Shown: positions 11,298 through 30,865, numbered from the stretch's first letter. The stretch: 64,000 bases of DNA from Deltaproteobacteria bacterium (GCA_005879585.1 VBKG01000327.1:11932-75931), one strand, 5' to 3'. Translations and numbers: made by a program. Notes: generated from the letters alone by a model not told the origin.

Positions 11298-11650
11298 CAC
11301 GCTCCCGGGGCCTTGCGCGGCGCGGCAGGAGCCGCGGCGGCACCTGGCGCGCGCGGCGCCGCGGGGGCGGCACCTTCGACCTTGCCCTTGCGATCGCCCG
11401 AGTGGCCGTGGAACGTGCGCGTGGGTGCAAACTCACCGAGCTTATGGCCCACGGCGTTCTCCGTGATGAACACCGGGATGAACTTCCGTCCGTTGTGCAC
11501 GGCGAACGTGAAGCCGAGCATGTCCGGCGTGATCGTCGAGCGACGCGACCACGTCTTCACGACGCGCTTCTCGCCCGACTCGATCATCGCCCGCACCTTC
11601 TTCATGAGGTGGCCGTCGACGAAGGGGCCTTTCTTGATCGATCGTGCCAC
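11297..11650 (-). CDS. rpsS: 30S ribosomal protein S19 (Ala/Pro-rich C-terminal tail)
   Basis: GTG start, [11 protein letters not shown]...KTWSRRSTI...[14 protein letters not shown]. Confidence 0.97.
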   Translation of the reverse strand: MARSIKKGPFVDGHLMKKVRAMIESGEKRVVKTWSRRSTITPDMLGFTFAVHNGRKFIPVFITENAVGHKLGEFAPTRTFHGHSGDRKGKVEGAAPAAPRAPGAAAAPAAPRKAPGA

Positions 11651-11658
11651 CGCGCCCC

Positions 11659-12483
11659 CTATTTCGTCTTCCGCCGCTGCAGGATCCAGCGGTCGGTGCG
11701 CTTGTTGTGGCGCGTCTTGTAGCCCTTCGTGGGCTTGCCCCACGGCGTCTGCGGATGATTGCCCTTCGAGCGGCCCTCGCCGCCACCGTGCGGGTGATCC
11801 ACGGGGTTCATCGCGATGCCACGAACACTCGAGCGCCGCCCGAGCCAGCGGATGCGCCCGGCCTTGCCGTACGAGATGTTCTCGTGTTCGAGGTTGCCGA
11901 CCTGCCCGATCGTCGCCCGGCAGGCTAGCCGCACCCGCCGGAGCTCGCCCGACGGGAGCTTCAGCAGCGCGTAGTCGCCTTCCTTGGCCATCAGCTGGAT
12001 CCCTGCACCGGCGCTCCGCGCGAGCTGGCCGCCCCGCCCCTCTCGGAACTCGACGTTGTGGACCGTCGTGCCGAGCGGAATGTTCGCGAGCGGCAGGCTG
12101 TTGCCCGGCTTGATGTCGGCCTTCGGTCCGGCCTCGACCTTGTCGCCCACGGCGAGCCCAACGGGGGCCAGGATGTAGCGCTTCTCGCCGTCGGCGTAGT
12201 GCAGGAGCGCGATCCGCGCGGAGCGGTTCGGGTCGTATTCGATGGCCGCAACCTTGGCCGGCACGCTCACCTTGTCGCGCTTGAAGTCGAGGATCCGATA
12301 GAGGCGCTTGTGGCCGCCGCCGCGATGGCGGATCGTCATGCGGCCGAGGTTGTTCCGCCCTCCCGACTTGCGAAGCGGCGCCGTGAGCGACGGCTCGGGC
12401 GCGTCCTTCGTGATCTCGTTGAAGTCCGGACCCGTCTGGAAGCGGCGGCCGGGCGACGTCGGGCGGAACTGGATGGTGGGCAT
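11659..12483 (-). CDS. rplB: 50S ribosomal protein L2
   Basis: [14 protein letters not shown]...[18 protein letters not shown]. Confidence 0.98.
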   Translation of the reverse strand: MPTIQFRPTSPGRRFQTGPDFNEITKDAPEPSLTAPLRKSGGRNNLGRMTIRHRGGGHKRLYRILDFKRDKVSVPAKVAAIEYDPNRSARIALLHYADGEKRYILAPVGLAVGDKVEAGPKADIKPGNSLPLANIPLGTTVHNVEFREGRGGQLARSAGAGIQLMAKEGDYALLKLPSGELRRVRLACRATIGQVGNLEHENISYGKAGRIRWLGRRSSVRGIAMNPVDHPHGGGEGRSKGNHPQTPWGKPTKGYKTRHNKRTDRWILQRRKTK

Positions 12484-12488
12484 CCCGC

Positions 12489-12776
12489 TCAGGCTCCCTC
12501 GAAGAAGTCGATGCGGCTACCCTCGGCGAGCGTCACGTAGGCCTTCTTCCAGTTCGGCCGCCGACCGAGGTGACGCCCCACGCGCCGTGTCTTGCCGAGG
12601 AACCGGGACGTCCGCACCTTTTCGACCTTCACCTTGAACAGCATCTCGACGGCGTGTCGGATCTCCACCTTGTTGGCGCGGGGATGGACACGGAAGACCA
12701 CCTGGTTGCCGAGCTCGTTGACGAGCGTCCCCTTCTCCGTGATCACCGGACCCTGTACCACCTCGGCCGCATTCAT
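12489..12776 (-). CDS. rplW: 50S ribosomal protein L23
   Basis: PVITEK...[18 protein letters not shown]...WKKAYVTL. Confidence 0.97.
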   Translation of the reverse strand: MNAAEVVQGPVITEKGTLVNELGNQVVFRVHPRANKVEIRHAVEMLFKVKVEKVRTSRFLGKTRRVGRHLGRRPNWKKAYVTLAEGSRIDFFEGA

Positions 12777-13435
12777 GACGCGCTCGACTTCGACGGCGCG
12801 AGCCGGCTCGCGATCTGCTCGAGCGCCGCGCGCGTGAAGACGATCTCGGCGTGCCCGAGAACGTCGTGGACGTTCAACCCCGCGACGCGGAGCACCTTCA
12901 CGCCGGGAAGATTGCGCGCCGCCCGCTCGATCGCGCTGTCCGCCTCGGGGAGCACGACGAGGACACTCGGCGCCTCGTCGAGGCCGAGTCCGGCAAGGCA
13001 TTCGACCATGTGCCGCGTCTTCGGCGCAGCGAGGCTGAGGCCGTCGACGACGAGCAGCTTGCCGGCGGCATGGCGCGCCGCGAGCGCGGCGCGGAGTGCC
13101 GCCTGCCGCGCGGACTTCGGCATCCGGTATGTGTAGTCGCGGGGCTGCGGCCCGAAGATCGTGGCGCCGCCAGCCCACAGCGGCGAGCGGATGCTCCCGG
13201 CGCGCGCACGACCCGTCCCCTTCTGCCGCCACGGCTTCTTGCCGCCGCCGCTGACGAAACCGCGCGTCTTGGTGGCCGCAGTGCCCGCCCGGCGAGCGGC
13301 GAGCTGGCTGCGCACCGCCTCGTGCAGCAGGTGCTCCCGCACCGGACCGGCGACCACGGCGGCGGGGACGGTCACGTCGCCGACGCGCTCGCGGGTCTGC
13401 GACAGCACCGGCAGGCTCACGGTCTCCTCCGTCAT
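12773..13435 (-). CDS. rplD: 50S ribosomal protein L4
   Basis: GGGKKPWRQKGTGRARAGSIRSPLWAGG...FGPQPRDY. Confidence 0.97.
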   Translation of the reverse strand: MTEETVSLPVLSQTRERVGDVTVPAAVVAGPVREHLLHEAVRSQLAARRAGTAATKTRGFVSGGGKKPWRQKGTGRARAGSIRSPLWAGGATIFGPQPRDYTYRMPKSARQAALRAALAARHAAGKLLVVDGLSLAAPKTRHMVECLAGLGLDEAPSVLVVLPEADSAIERAARNLPGVKVLRVAGLNVHDVLGHAEIVFTRAALEQIASRLAPSKSSAS

Positions 13436-14082
13436 GCCTCGCGCGCCTCCACGGCGTGCTTGTGGATCAGCACGGTGCCGTTCCGGGCGCCGGGCACGGC
13501 GCCACGGACGAGCAGGAGATTCTCCTCGGGTCTCACCGCGATGACCTTGAGATTCCGCGTGGTGACCCATTCGGCGCCGTACCGGCCCGCCATGCGCTTG
13601 CCCTTGAAGATGCGACCCGGGTAGGAGCGGTTGCCGATGGAGCCGCCGTGCCGGAAGTACTCGTGCGTGCCGTGTGACCCCGGAAAGCCCGCGAACTTGT
13701 GCCGCTTCATGACGCCCGCCGTGCCACGGCCCTTGCTGAGTCCGGCGACGTGCACGACCTCGCCCGGCTGGAACACCTCGCTCACCCGAACCTCGGCGCC
13801 GACCGCGGGCGGCTCGTCCCCGAGCAGCCGGAACTCCCGGAGCACCGTGAAGGCACCCGTCCCCGCCTTCTTGAATTGACCTTGCACCGCCTTCTGCAGC
13901 CGGCTCGGCTTCGCAGTGCCGAACCCGAGCTGCGCGGCGGCGTACCCGTCGCGCTCGCGCTGGCGGGTGGCAATCACCGTGCATGGTCCGGCCTGGATGA
14001 CGGTGACCGGCACGAGCACGCCCTCCGCAGTGTAGACCTGCGTCATGCCGAGCTTGCGTCCGATCAGACCGGGGAGCGCCAT
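13432..14082 (-). CDS. rplC: 50S ribosomal protein L3
   Basis: [11 protein letters not shown]...[15 protein letters not shown]...KGKRMAG. Confidence 0.98.
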   Translation of the reverse strand: MALPGLIGRKLGMTQVYTAEGVLVPVTVIQAGPCTVIATRQRERDGYAAAQLGFGTAKPSRLQKAVQGQFKKAGTGAFTVLREFRLLGDEPPAVGAEVRVSEVFQPGEVVHVAGLSKGRGTAGVMKRHKFAGFPGSHGTHEYFRHGGSIGNRSYPGRIFKGKRMAGRYGAEWVTTRNLKVIAVRPEENLLLVRGAVPGARNGTVLIHKHAVEAREA

Positions 14083-14084
14083 GG

Positions 14085-14393
<309 letters not shown>

Positions 14394-14412
14394 GTCACGT
14401 TTACTCGAAGAT

Positions 14413-15603
<1,191 letters not shown>

Positions 15604-15631
15604 GGCGGTGTGTCCTCCGTCGCGCTCTTGG

Positions 15632-17737
15632 CTAACTCAGCTGCGAAGCCTCCGCGAAGCGCGTCCCTCCTTGCCGGAGCGCCTCGGGGCCGATGCCCTT
15701 CGGCACCGGCTCGTAGTGCGAGAACTGCATCGTGAAGGTCGCGCGACCCTGCGTGCGCGACCGGAGATCCGTGGCATAGCCGAACATCTCGGCGAGAGGC
15801 GCGTGCGCGGCGATCACCTGCGCGTTGCCGCGCGGCTCCTGGCCCGCGATGCGGCCGCGGCGTCGGTTGATGTCGCTGATGACCTCGCCCATGTACTCCT
15901 CCGGGGTCACGACCTCGAGCGACATGATGGGCTCGAGGATGACGGGCGACGCTTTGCCCATCGCCTCCTTGAAGGCCATCGAGCCCGCGATCTTGAACGC
16001 GATCTCCGAGGAGTCGACCTCGTGGTACGAGCCGTAGACGACGGTCGCCTTGACGTCGACGACGGGGTAGCCGGCAAGCATGCCCGACTCCATCGCCTCC
16101 TTGACGCCCTTCTCGATGGCGGGGATGTACTCGCGCGGGATGACGCCGCCCTTGGTGCCGTCGACGAACTCGAAGCCGCCACCGGCCGGCAGCGGCTCGA
16201 GCCGCAGCACGACGTGGCCGTACTGTCCGCGGCCGCCCGTCTGGCGGATGAACTTGGCCTCGTGCTCGACGGCCTTCCGGACCGTTTCCTTGTAGGCAAC
16301 CTGGGGCTTGCCGACGTTGGCGTCCACCTTGAACTCGCGGAGCAGCCGGTCGACGATGATCTCGAGGTGTAGCTCGCCCATGCCCGAGATGAGCGTCTGC
16401 CCGGTCTCGGTGTTGGTCGACACGCGGAACGACGGATCCTCCGTGGCAAGCTTGTGGAGGGACCCGCCGAGCCGCTCCTGGTCGACCTTCGTCTTCGGCT
16501 CGATGGCGATCGAGATGACGGGGTCGGGGAACTGCATGCGCTCGAGGACGATCGGCTTGCTCTCGTCGCAGAGCGTGTCGCCCGTGGTGGTGTCGCGGAG
16601 ACCGACGGCCGCCACGATGTCGCCCGCGTAGACCTCCTTGATCTCCTCGCGCTTGTTGGCGTGCATCTTGAGGAGGCGCCCGACGCGCTCCTTCTTCCCC
16701 TTCACCGAGTTGTAGACGTAGGAGCCCGACGTCATCACGCCCGAATACACGCGGAGGAACGTGAGCGTGCCGACGTACGGGTCGCTCATGATCTTGAAGG
16801 CGAGCGCCGTGAAGGGCTCGTCGTCGCGTGCGAGGCGCTCCTCCTCGTGACTCGAGTTCGGGTTGATGCCGCGGACGGGCGGCACGTCGAGCGGCGACGG
16901 CAGGTACGCGATCACCGCGTCGAGCAGCGGCTGGACGCCCTTGTTCTTGAAGGCGCTGCCGCAGACCACGGGGACGAGCTTCATCTGCAGCGTGCCGGCG
17001 CGGACCGCCGCGCGGATGTCCGTCTCGGAGATCGGCTCACCGTTCAGATAACGCTCCATGAGCGGCTCGCTGACGTCGGCAACCGCCTCGAGAAGCTGCT
17101 CGCGCGCCGCCTCGGCGGCGCCACGGACGTCGGCGGGGATCTCCTCCTCCCGGTAGCGCGCACCGAGGCTCTCGTCCTCCCACACCACCGCCTTCATGGT
17201 GACGAGATCGATGACGCCGCGGAAATCGTCCTCGATGCCGAGCGGCAGCTGGACCATGACCGGGTTGGCCCGGAGGCGCTCGCGAATCTCGCGGACGACG
17301 CGGTCGAAGTCCGCGCCGATGCGGTCCATCTTGTTGACGAAGGCGACACGCGGAACGTGGTAGCGGTCGGCCTGGCGCCAGACGGTCTCGGACTGCGGCT
17401 CGACGCCGCCGACGCCGCAGAACACCGCGACGGCGCCGTCGAGGACGCGCAGGCTCCGCTCGACCTCGATCGTGAAGTCGACGTGGCCGGGCGTGTCGAT
17501 GATGTTGACGCGGTGGTCCTGCCAGAAGCAGGTGGTGGCGGCGGACGTGATGGTGATGCCGCGCTCCTGCTCCTGCACCATCCAGTCCATGACGGCGGTG
17601 CCCTGATGGACCTCGCCGATCTTGTAGCTGATGCCCGTGTAGTAGAGGACGCGCTCCGTCGTCGTGGTCTTGCCGGCATCAATGTGGGCCATGATGCCGA
17701 TGTTGCGGGTCTTCTCGAGGGAAACGGCGCGGGGCAT
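15632..17737 (-). CDS. fusA: Elongation factor G
   Basis: [37 protein letters not shown]. Confidence 0.99.
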   Translation of the reverse strand: MPRAVSLEKTRNIGIMAHIDAGKTTTTERVLYYTGISYKIGEVHQGTAVMDWMVQEQERGITITSAATTCFWQDHRVNIIDTPGHVDFTIEVERSLRVLDGAVAVFCGVGGVEPQSETVWRQADRYHVPRVAFVNKMDRIGADFDRVVREIRERLRANPVMVQLPLGIEDDFRGVIDLVTMKAVVWEDESLGARYREEEIPADVRGAAEAAREQLLEAVADVSEPLMERYLNGEPISETDIRAAVRAGTLQMKLVPVVCGSAFKNKGVQPLLDAVIAYLPSPLDVPPVRGINPNSSHEEERLARDDEPFTALAFKIMSDPYVGTLTFLRVYSGVMTSGSYVYNSVKGKKERVGRLLKMHANKREEIKEVYAGDIVAAVGLRDTTTGDTLCDESKPIVLERMQFPDPVISIAIEPKTKVDQERLGGSLHKLATEDPSFRVSTNTETGQTLISGMGELHLEIIVDRLLREFKVDANVGKPQVAYKETVRKAVEHEAKFIRQTGGRGQYGHVVLRLEPLPAGGGFEFVDGTKGGVIPREYIPAIEKGVKEAMESGMLAGYPVVDVKATVVYGSYHEVDSSEIAFKIAGSMAFKEAMGKASPVILEPIMSLEVVTPEEYMGEVISDINRRRGRIAGQEPRGNAQVIAAHAPLAEMFGYATDLRSRTQGRATFTMQFSHYEPVPKGIGPEALRQGGTRFAEASQLS

Positions 17738-17751
17738 GGTCGACGCAGCGA

Positions 17752-18222
17752 CTACCAGCGGTAGTGGGCGAAAGCCTTGTTGGCCTCCGCCATGCGGTGC
17801 GTGTCCTCCTTCTTCTTGACGGCGCCGCCGCGGCCGTTGGCCGCGTCGAGAATCTCGCCGCCGAGCTTGGCAATCATCGATTTCTCCGGACGCGTCCGGG
17901 CGTTCTGCACGATCCAGCGCATGGCGAGGGACATCCGGCGCTGCGGCCGGACCTCGACCGGAACCTGGTAGGTGGCACCGCCGACGCGCCGCGACCGGAC
18001 CTCCACGAGCGGCTTCACCTGCTCGAGCGCCCGCTTGAAGACACCGAGGGCATCCTCCTTGGCGCGATCGCTGACGATGGCGAGGGCGTCATAGAGGGTG
18101 CGTTCGGCGAGGCTCTTCTTGCCGTCCACCAGCAGCGCGTTGATGAACTTGCTCACCGTTCGATCGTGGTACTTGGGGTCGGGCAGGATGTCCCGACGCT
18201 TGACCTCACCTTTCCGTGGCAT
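17752..18222 (-). CDS. rpsG: 30S ribosomal protein S7
   Basis: [18 protein letters not shown]...[15 protein letters not shown]. Confidence 0.98.
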   Translation of the reverse strand: MPRKGEVKRRDILPDPKYHDRTVSKFINALLVDGKKSLAERTLYDALAIVSDRAKEDALGVFKRALEQVKPLVEVRSRRVGGATYQVPVEVRPQRRMSLAMRWIVQNARTRPEKSMIAKLGGEILDAANGRGGAVKKKEDTHRMAEANKAFAHYRW

Positions 18223-18239
18223 GGCGGTTCAGTACACCC

Positions 18240-18288
18240 GCGGCCCGGGACCAGTACCGCGTCGCCGCGGTGCCGGCCCGAGGGCCGC
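18240..18288 (-). promoter_or_regulatory. Structured rpsL-rpsG intergenic hairpin (candidate S7 autoregulatory site)
   Basis: GCGGCCC/GGGCCGC outer stem, ACCGCG-GCGA-CGCGGT inner stem with GNRA loop. Confidence 0.4.
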
Positions 18289-18293
18289 CGTCC

Positions 18294-18665
18294 TCACTTC
18301 GGTCTTTTTGCTCCGTACTTCGAGCGGCCCTGACGCCGGTCCTGCACACCGATCGAGTCGAGGGTGCCGCGGATGATGTGATAGCGCACGCCGGGCAGGT
18401 CCTTTACGCGTCCCCCGCGGATCAGGACCACCGAGTGCTCCTGCAGATTGTGGCCGACGCCGGGAATGTACGACGTGACCTCGACGCCGTTGGTCAGCCG
18501 GACACGCGCGACCTTCCGCAAAGCGGAGTTCGGCTTCTTCGGCGTCTGCGTGTAAACGCGCGTGCACACGCCGCGCTTCTGCGGCGAGCCCTGCAGGGCG
18601 GGCGCGGCCTGCTTCGCACGCTTCCGCGCGCGCCCCTGCTTCACGAGCTGGTTGATGGTCGGCAT
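18294..18665 (-). CDS. rpsL: 30S ribosomal protein S12
   Basis: [10 protein letters not shown]...[12 protein letters not shown]. Confidence 0.99.
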   Translation of the reverse strand: MPTINQLVKQGRARKRAKQAAPALQGSPQKRGVCTRVYTQTPKKPNSALRKVARVRLTNGVEVTSYIPGVGHNLQEHSVVLIRGGRVKDLPGVRYHIIRGTLDSIGVQDRRQGRSKYGAKRPK

Positions 18666-18680
18666 CGGGCGAAATGACGA

Positions 18681-18709
18681 ATCCTAGGTGGCGCGCTCCT
18701 CGCTGTCAA
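18681..18709 (-). promoter_or_regulatory. sigma70-type promoter for the str operon
   Basis: TTGACA-N17-TAGGAT, 15 nt upstream of rpsL ATG. Confidence 0.8.
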
Positions 18710-18721
18710 TGTTTTGCCGCA

Positions 18722-22885
<4,164 letters not shown>

Positions 22886-22887
22886 GG

Positions 22888-23040
22888 TTAGCTCCTGTGG
22901 GGGCTCGTGCGGTGCTCGCTCGCTTCGCTCGCTGCGCTCCTCCGATGCCCCCACACCCCCTCGGCCAGCTCGAGCGCTCTCGCGCTCGGCCTCCCCGCCA
23001 TCGTCACGATCGTCATCTTCATGATCGTCATCGTCTCCAT
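22888..23040 (-). CDS. Putative 50-aa small ORF filling the rpoB-rpoC gap
   Basis: [53 protein letters not shown] 5 nt after rpoB TGA, TAA 2 nt before rpoC ATG. Confidence 0.4.
   Translation of the reverse strand: METMTIMKMTIVTMAGRPSARALELAEGVWGHRRSAASEASEHRTSPHRS
22896..22988. repeat. REP/MITE-like palindromic element (two hairpins)
   Basis: TGTGGGGGC(22896-22904)/GCCCCCACA(22947-22955) inverted repeat enclosing GCGAGC-GAA-GCGAGC (minus strand); CGAGCGC-GAGA-GCGCTCG hairpin at 22971-22988. Confidence 0.6.
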
Positions 23041-23045
23041 GCGCC

Positions 23046-27191
<4,146 letters not shown>

Positions 27192-27219
27192 CGATACGTC
27201 TCCACTGTCACGGGTCGTC

Positions 27220-27606
27220 CTACTTCAGCTCGACGGTGCCGCCGGCGTCCTCGATCTTCTTCTTGATCGCCTCGGCCTCGGCCTTCGGCACAGCTTCCTT
27301 GAGCGGCTTCGGAGCGCCATCGACCAGGTCCTTGGCCTCCTTGAGGCCGAGCCCCGTGAGTTCGCGGACCACCTTGATGACCTGGATCTTCTTCTCGCCG
27401 CCGCCGGTGAGGACGACCGTGAAGTCCTCCTTTTCGGGCGCCGCCGCCGCAGCCGCGCCACCGGCGGCCGGACCGGCCGCCGCGACGGCCACGGGCGCCG
27501 CTGCCGAGACTCCGAGCTCGACCTCGAGCTCCTTCACGAGCGCCGAGGCGTCGAGGAGGCTCATGTTCTTCAAGAAGTCCTTCACCTGCTCGCGCGTCAC
27601 GTCCAT
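27220..27606 (-). CDS. rplL: 50S ribosomal protein L7/L12
   Basis: Ala-rich hinge, [25 protein letters not shown]. Confidence 0.98.
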   Translation of the reverse strand: MDVTREQVKDFLKNMSLLDASALVKELEVELGVSAAAPVAVAAAGPAAGGAAAAAAPEKEDFTVVLTGGGEKKIQVIKVVRELTGLGLKEAKDLVDGAPKPLKEAVPKAEAEAIKKKIEDAGGTVELK

Positions 27607-27636
27607 CGGATCGTCACTCCTTCCGTTCGGATACGG

Positions 27637-28185
27637 TCATTCAGCTTGAGGCGCCGCCGGAGACCCCGCGTCGCCCGCTCGCTTCGCCACGGCGTCGACC
27701 AGGCGGGCGAGCTGCGCGGCCGGCTCGTTCAGCGTCCGCAGGAGCTGCGTCGCGGGCGCCTGCAGCAGGCCGAGAAGCTGGGCGAGCAGCACCTCGCGGG
27801 GAGGCAGTGTCGCGAGGGCCTTCACCTCGGCCGCCGGTAGCACGCGCTCGCCGAAGACGGCGCCCTTGATCTCGAGCTTGGGCATCTCGTCGGCGAACTT
27901 GACGGCCAGCTTGGCGATCGCCACGGGGTCGCGGAAGCCGAGGATCATGGCGACGGGACCGTGCAGCAGCGGCTCGAACGACGGCCGTCGCGACTCCTCG
28001 ATCGCGCGCCGTGCGAGCGTGTTCTTGGCAACGCGGCAACGCCCGTCGGCGTCGCGCACCGCCTTGCGGAGACGCGTCATCTGACCGGCCGTGAGACCGC
28101 GGTAGTCCGCCAGCACGGCGACCGTCGCGCGCCGGAGGTCACCCTCGAGCTCCTGGACCGCTTCGACCTTCTCTGCTCGCCTCAT
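27637..28185 (-). CDS. rplJ: 50S ribosomal protein L10
   Basis: DYRGLTAGQMTRLRK...VAKNTLARRA...LATLPPREVLLAQLLG. Confidence 0.97.
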   Translation of the reverse strand: MRRAEKVEAVQELEGDLRRATVAVLADYRGLTAGQMTRLRKAVRDADGRCRVAKNTLARRAIEESRRPSFEPLLHGPVAMILGFRDPVAIAKLAVKFADEMPKLEIKGAVFGERVLPAAEVKALATLPPREVLLAQLLGLLQAPATQLLRTLNEPAAQLARLVDAVAKRAGDAGSPAAPQAE

Positions 28186-28195
28186 CGCCCGTCCC

Positions 28196-28903
28196 TCAGG
28201 CCGTCGCCCGCACCGCGACAGGGTCGATCCGCACCGCGGGGCCCATGGTGGTGGAGAGGGCGACGCTCTGCAGGTAGTTGCCCTTGGCGGCCGCCGGCTT
28301 CGCGCGAAGGAGGCTCGTGAGCAGGGCGTGCGCGTTCTCGAGCAACCGCTCGGTGCCGAAGCTGCGCTTGCCGATCGGCACGTGCACTATGCCGGCCTTC
28401 TCGACGCGGAATTCGACCTTGCCGGCCTTCGCCTCGCGCACCGCCTTGCCGACGTCGAACGTCACGGTGCCGACCTTGGGGTTCGGCATCAGGCCGCGCG
28501 GACCGAGGATCTTGCCGAGGCGCCCGACCGCACCCATCATGTCGGGCGTGGCGATCGCGGTGTCGAACTCGAGCCACTGCTCTTCCTGTATCCGCTTGAT
28601 GACGTCGTCCGCGCCCACGTGGTCGGCACCGGCCTCCGTGGCCTCCCGCGCCTTGTCGCCCTTGGCGAGCACGAGCACCCGCACCGACTTGCCCGTGCCG
28701 TGCGGGAGGACGACCGTACCGCGCACGTTCTGGTCGGCCTGGCGAGGATCCACGCCGAGCTTCGCGGCGAGCTCCACCGTCTCGTCGAACTTCGCCGGCC
28801 CGTCGCCGGCCGCGATGGTGCGAACCGCTTCCTCGAGGGAATAGCGGCGCGTCCGCTCGATCTTGGCCGCCGCAGCACGATACCGCTTGCTTCGCTTCGC
28901 CAT
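28196..28903 (-). CDS. rplA: 50S ribosomal protein L1
   Basis: KFDETVE...[13 protein letters not shown]...[16 protein letters not shown]. Confidence 0.98.
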   Translation of the reverse strand: MAKRSKRYRAAAAKIERTRRYSLEEAVRTIAAGDGPAKFDETVELAAKLGVDPRQADQNVRGTVVLPHGTGKSVRVLVLAKGDKAREATEAGADHVGADDVIKRIQEEQWLEFDTAIATPDMMGAVGRLGKILGPRGLMPNPKVGTVTFDVGKAVREAKAGKVEFRVEKAGIVHVPIGKRSFGTERLLENAHALLTSLLRAKPAAAKGNYLQSVALSTTMGPAVRIDPVAVRATA

Positions 28904-28906
28904 GTC

Positions 28907-29329
28907 CTACACGACCTCGAGGCCGAGGCTCCGGGCCGTACCCTCGACCGTCCGCACGGCGGCCGCGACGTCGGCCGCCGTCAGATCAGGCATCTTCAAC
29001 CGGGCGATCTCCTCCACCTGCTGTCGCGTGACCTGCCCCACCTTTTTCTTGCCCGCCTCGCCCGAGCCCTTGTCGATGCCGGCAGCCCGTTTGAGCAGCA
29101 CCGCGGCGGGCGGCGTCTTGGTGATGAACGTGAACGAGCGGTCGGCGAACACCGTGATGATCACCGGGATGATGAGACCCGCCTGCGCCTGGGTCTGCGC
29201 GTTGAAGGCCTTGCAGAACTCCATGATGTTCACGCCGCGCTGACCGAGTGCCGGTCCGACCGGCGGGCTCGGATTCGCCTGGCCCGCCGGAATCTGCAGC
29301 TTGATCTCCGCGATGACCTTCTTCGCCAT
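28907..29329 (-). CDS. rplK: 50S ribosomal protein L11
   Basis: [30 protein letters not shown]. Confidence 0.98.
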   Translation of the reverse strand: MAKKVIAEIKLQIPAGQANPSPPVGPALGQRGVNIMEFCKAFNAQTQAQAGLIIPVIITVFADRSFTFITKTPPAAVLLKRAAGIDKGSGEAGKKKVGQVTRQQVEEIARLKMPDLTAADVAAAVRTVEGTARSLGLEVV

Positions 29330-29344
29330 CCGTTCAGCCTTCCC

Positions 29345-29896
29345 TCAAGCCTTCTCAACCTGGACGAAATCGAGCTCGACGGGTGTCGCGCGTCCGAAGA
29401 TGCTGATGAGCACGCGCAGCTTGCCCTTGTCGGGCTTCACTTCCTCGACGACGCCGTTGAAGTCCTGGAACGGGCCGTCGACCACCTTGACCTGCTCCCC
29501 ATGCTCGAAGAGGACCTTCGGTTTGGGCTTGACGGCGCCCTCTTCCATCTGATGCGTGATCTCCCGGACCTCGACCTCCGAGATGGGCGGGATGGAGTTC
29601 GGGTCCGTCCCCCCCCCGAGAAACCCGGTGACCTTGGGCGTGGATTTGACGATGTGCCACGTCTCGTTGTTGAGCCTCATGTTGACCAGGATGTAGCCGG
29701 GAAAGAACTTCCGGGACGACGTCTTCTTCTTCCCCTTCACGAGCTCGACCACCTTCTCGGAGGGGACCAGGATCTGGCCGAAGAGGTCCGGCTTACCGAG
29801 CGATCGAATTCGCTCTTCGAGCGCCGCCTTCACCTTGTGCTCATAGCCGGAGTACGTGTGCACCACGTACCAGTTGCGCGCGCCTTCCTCGGCCAT
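29345..29896 (-). CDS. nusG: Transcription termination/antitermination factor NusG
   Basis: WYVVHTYSGYE...KFFPGYILV...SIFGRATPVELDFVQVEK. Confidence 0.98.
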   Translation of the reverse strand: MAEEGARNWYVVHTYSGYEHKVKAALEERIRSLGKPDLFGQILVPSEKVVELVKGKKKTSSRKFFPGYILVNMRLNNETWHIVKSTPKVTGFLGGGTDPNSIPPISEVEVREITHQMEEGAVKPKPKVLFEHGEQVKVVDGPFQDFNGVVEEVKPDKGKLRVLISIFGRATPVELDFVQVEKA

Positions 29897-30108
29897 CAAC
29901 TCAGCGCCCATCGGATGGCCACGGACAGCAAGAAGTCGACGAGCCCCAGGTAGATGCCCACGATGACCACACCGATGATGACCACGATCGTTGCCGCCTG
30001 CGTCTCCTTGCGGACAGGCCAGTGCACCTTCTTGAGCTCGGCCCAGCATTCTTCGAGAAACTCGCGCGACCGCGAGATCGGCTGCTTTAGCGATTCGATT
30101 GCGTTCAT
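29896..30108 (-). CDS. secE: Preprotein translocase SecE
   Basis: FLEECWAELKKVHWP plus one TM helix; between tRNA-Trp and nusG. Confidence 0.95.
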   Translation of the reverse strand: MNAIESLKQPISRSREFLEECWAELKKVHWPVRKETQAATIVVIIGVVIVGIYLGLVDFLLSVAIRWALS

Positions 30109-30116
30109 AGTTGTCG

Positions 30117-30190
30117 CGGGTCAGGCAGGATTCGAACCTGCAACCCCCGGATTTGGAGTCCGGTGCTCTAACCGTTCGAGCTACTGACCC
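30117..30190 (-). tRNA. tRNA-Trp(CCA), no encoded 3'-CCA
   Basis: GGGTCAG/CTGACCC acceptor stem, CCGGA-CTCCAAA-TCCGG anticodon arm, GGTTCGAATCC. Confidence 0.96.
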
Positions 30191-30216
30191 CGCACGCCGG
30201 GTCGCACCCCCGGTCC

Positions 30217-30369
30217 CTAGACCTTCCCCTCCTTGTGGACCGTATGGCTGCGGCACGCCGAGCAGAACTTCCTCAGCGAGAGCTTGTCGGTCGTACGCTT
30301 CTTGTTTTTCGACGTGGTGTAGTTCTTCCTCTTGCAACCGTCGCAGACGAGCGTGATCAGATCGCGCAT
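30217..30369 (-). CDS. rpmG: 50S ribosomal protein L33 (Zn-ribbon type)
   Basis: Manual translation [50 protein letters not shown]. Confidence 0.96.
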   Translation of the reverse strand: MRDLITLVCDGCKRKNYTTSKNKKRTTDKLSLRKFCSACRSHTVHKEGKV

Positions 30370-30385
30370 GCGACCCCCTCGGCGG

Positions 30386-30458
30386 AGCCCACGACCGGAT
30401 TCGAACCGGTGACCTCTTCCTTACCAAGGAAGTGCTCTGCCGCCTGAGCTACGTGGGC
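30386..30458 (-). tRNA. tRNA-Thr(GGT)
   Basis: GCCCACG/CGTGGGC stem, CTTCC-TTGGTAA-GGAAG arm. Confidence 0.96.
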
Positions 30459-30460
30459 GG

Positions 30461-30533
30461 AGCGGGAGACGGGAATCGAACCCGCGACCCCGAGCTTGGA
30501 AGGCTCGCGCTCTACCACCTGAGCTACTCCCGC
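30461..30533 (-). tRNA. tRNA-Gly(TCC)
   Basis: GCGGGAG/CTCCCGC stem, CGAGC-CTTCCAA-GCTCG arm. Confidence 0.96.
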
Positions 30534-30541
30534 GTCTCGAA

Positions 30542-30624
<83 letters not shown>

Positions 30625-30646
30625 GCATATGGCCTCTCGGCGCGCG

Positions 30647-30718
30647 AGCCGATGGTCGGAGTCGAACCGACGACCTGCTGATTACAAATCAGCTGCTCTA
30701 CCCCTGAGCTACATCGGC
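30647..30718 (-). tRNA. tRNA-Thr(TGT)
   Basis: GCCGATG/CATCGGC stem, GCTGA-TTTGTAA-TCAGC arm. Confidence 0.96.
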
Positions 30719-30865
30719 GGGCCCGGACGATCGATTGACTGCCGGCGCCCCACGCTCCCAGCCTTCCCGCGGAACCCTCCTCGGCCGCTTCCGGGCCGTT
30801 CAGTCCGAACCCGAACCGCTTAGTGGTGGGGAGAAATCCCCCTTAGATGGCGAACGAAATTTGCA

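Noticed and set aside
11297..11380. Ala/Pro-rich tails on S19, S17 and S11
   Set aside because: Low-complexity terminal extensions are common in GC-rich bacteria.
22886..22954. N-terminal extension of RpoC ([13 protein letters not shown]...) in the ORF track
   Set aside because: It is the palindromic element read in frame; the AGGAG SD and recognisable sequence point to a start at 22885/22882.
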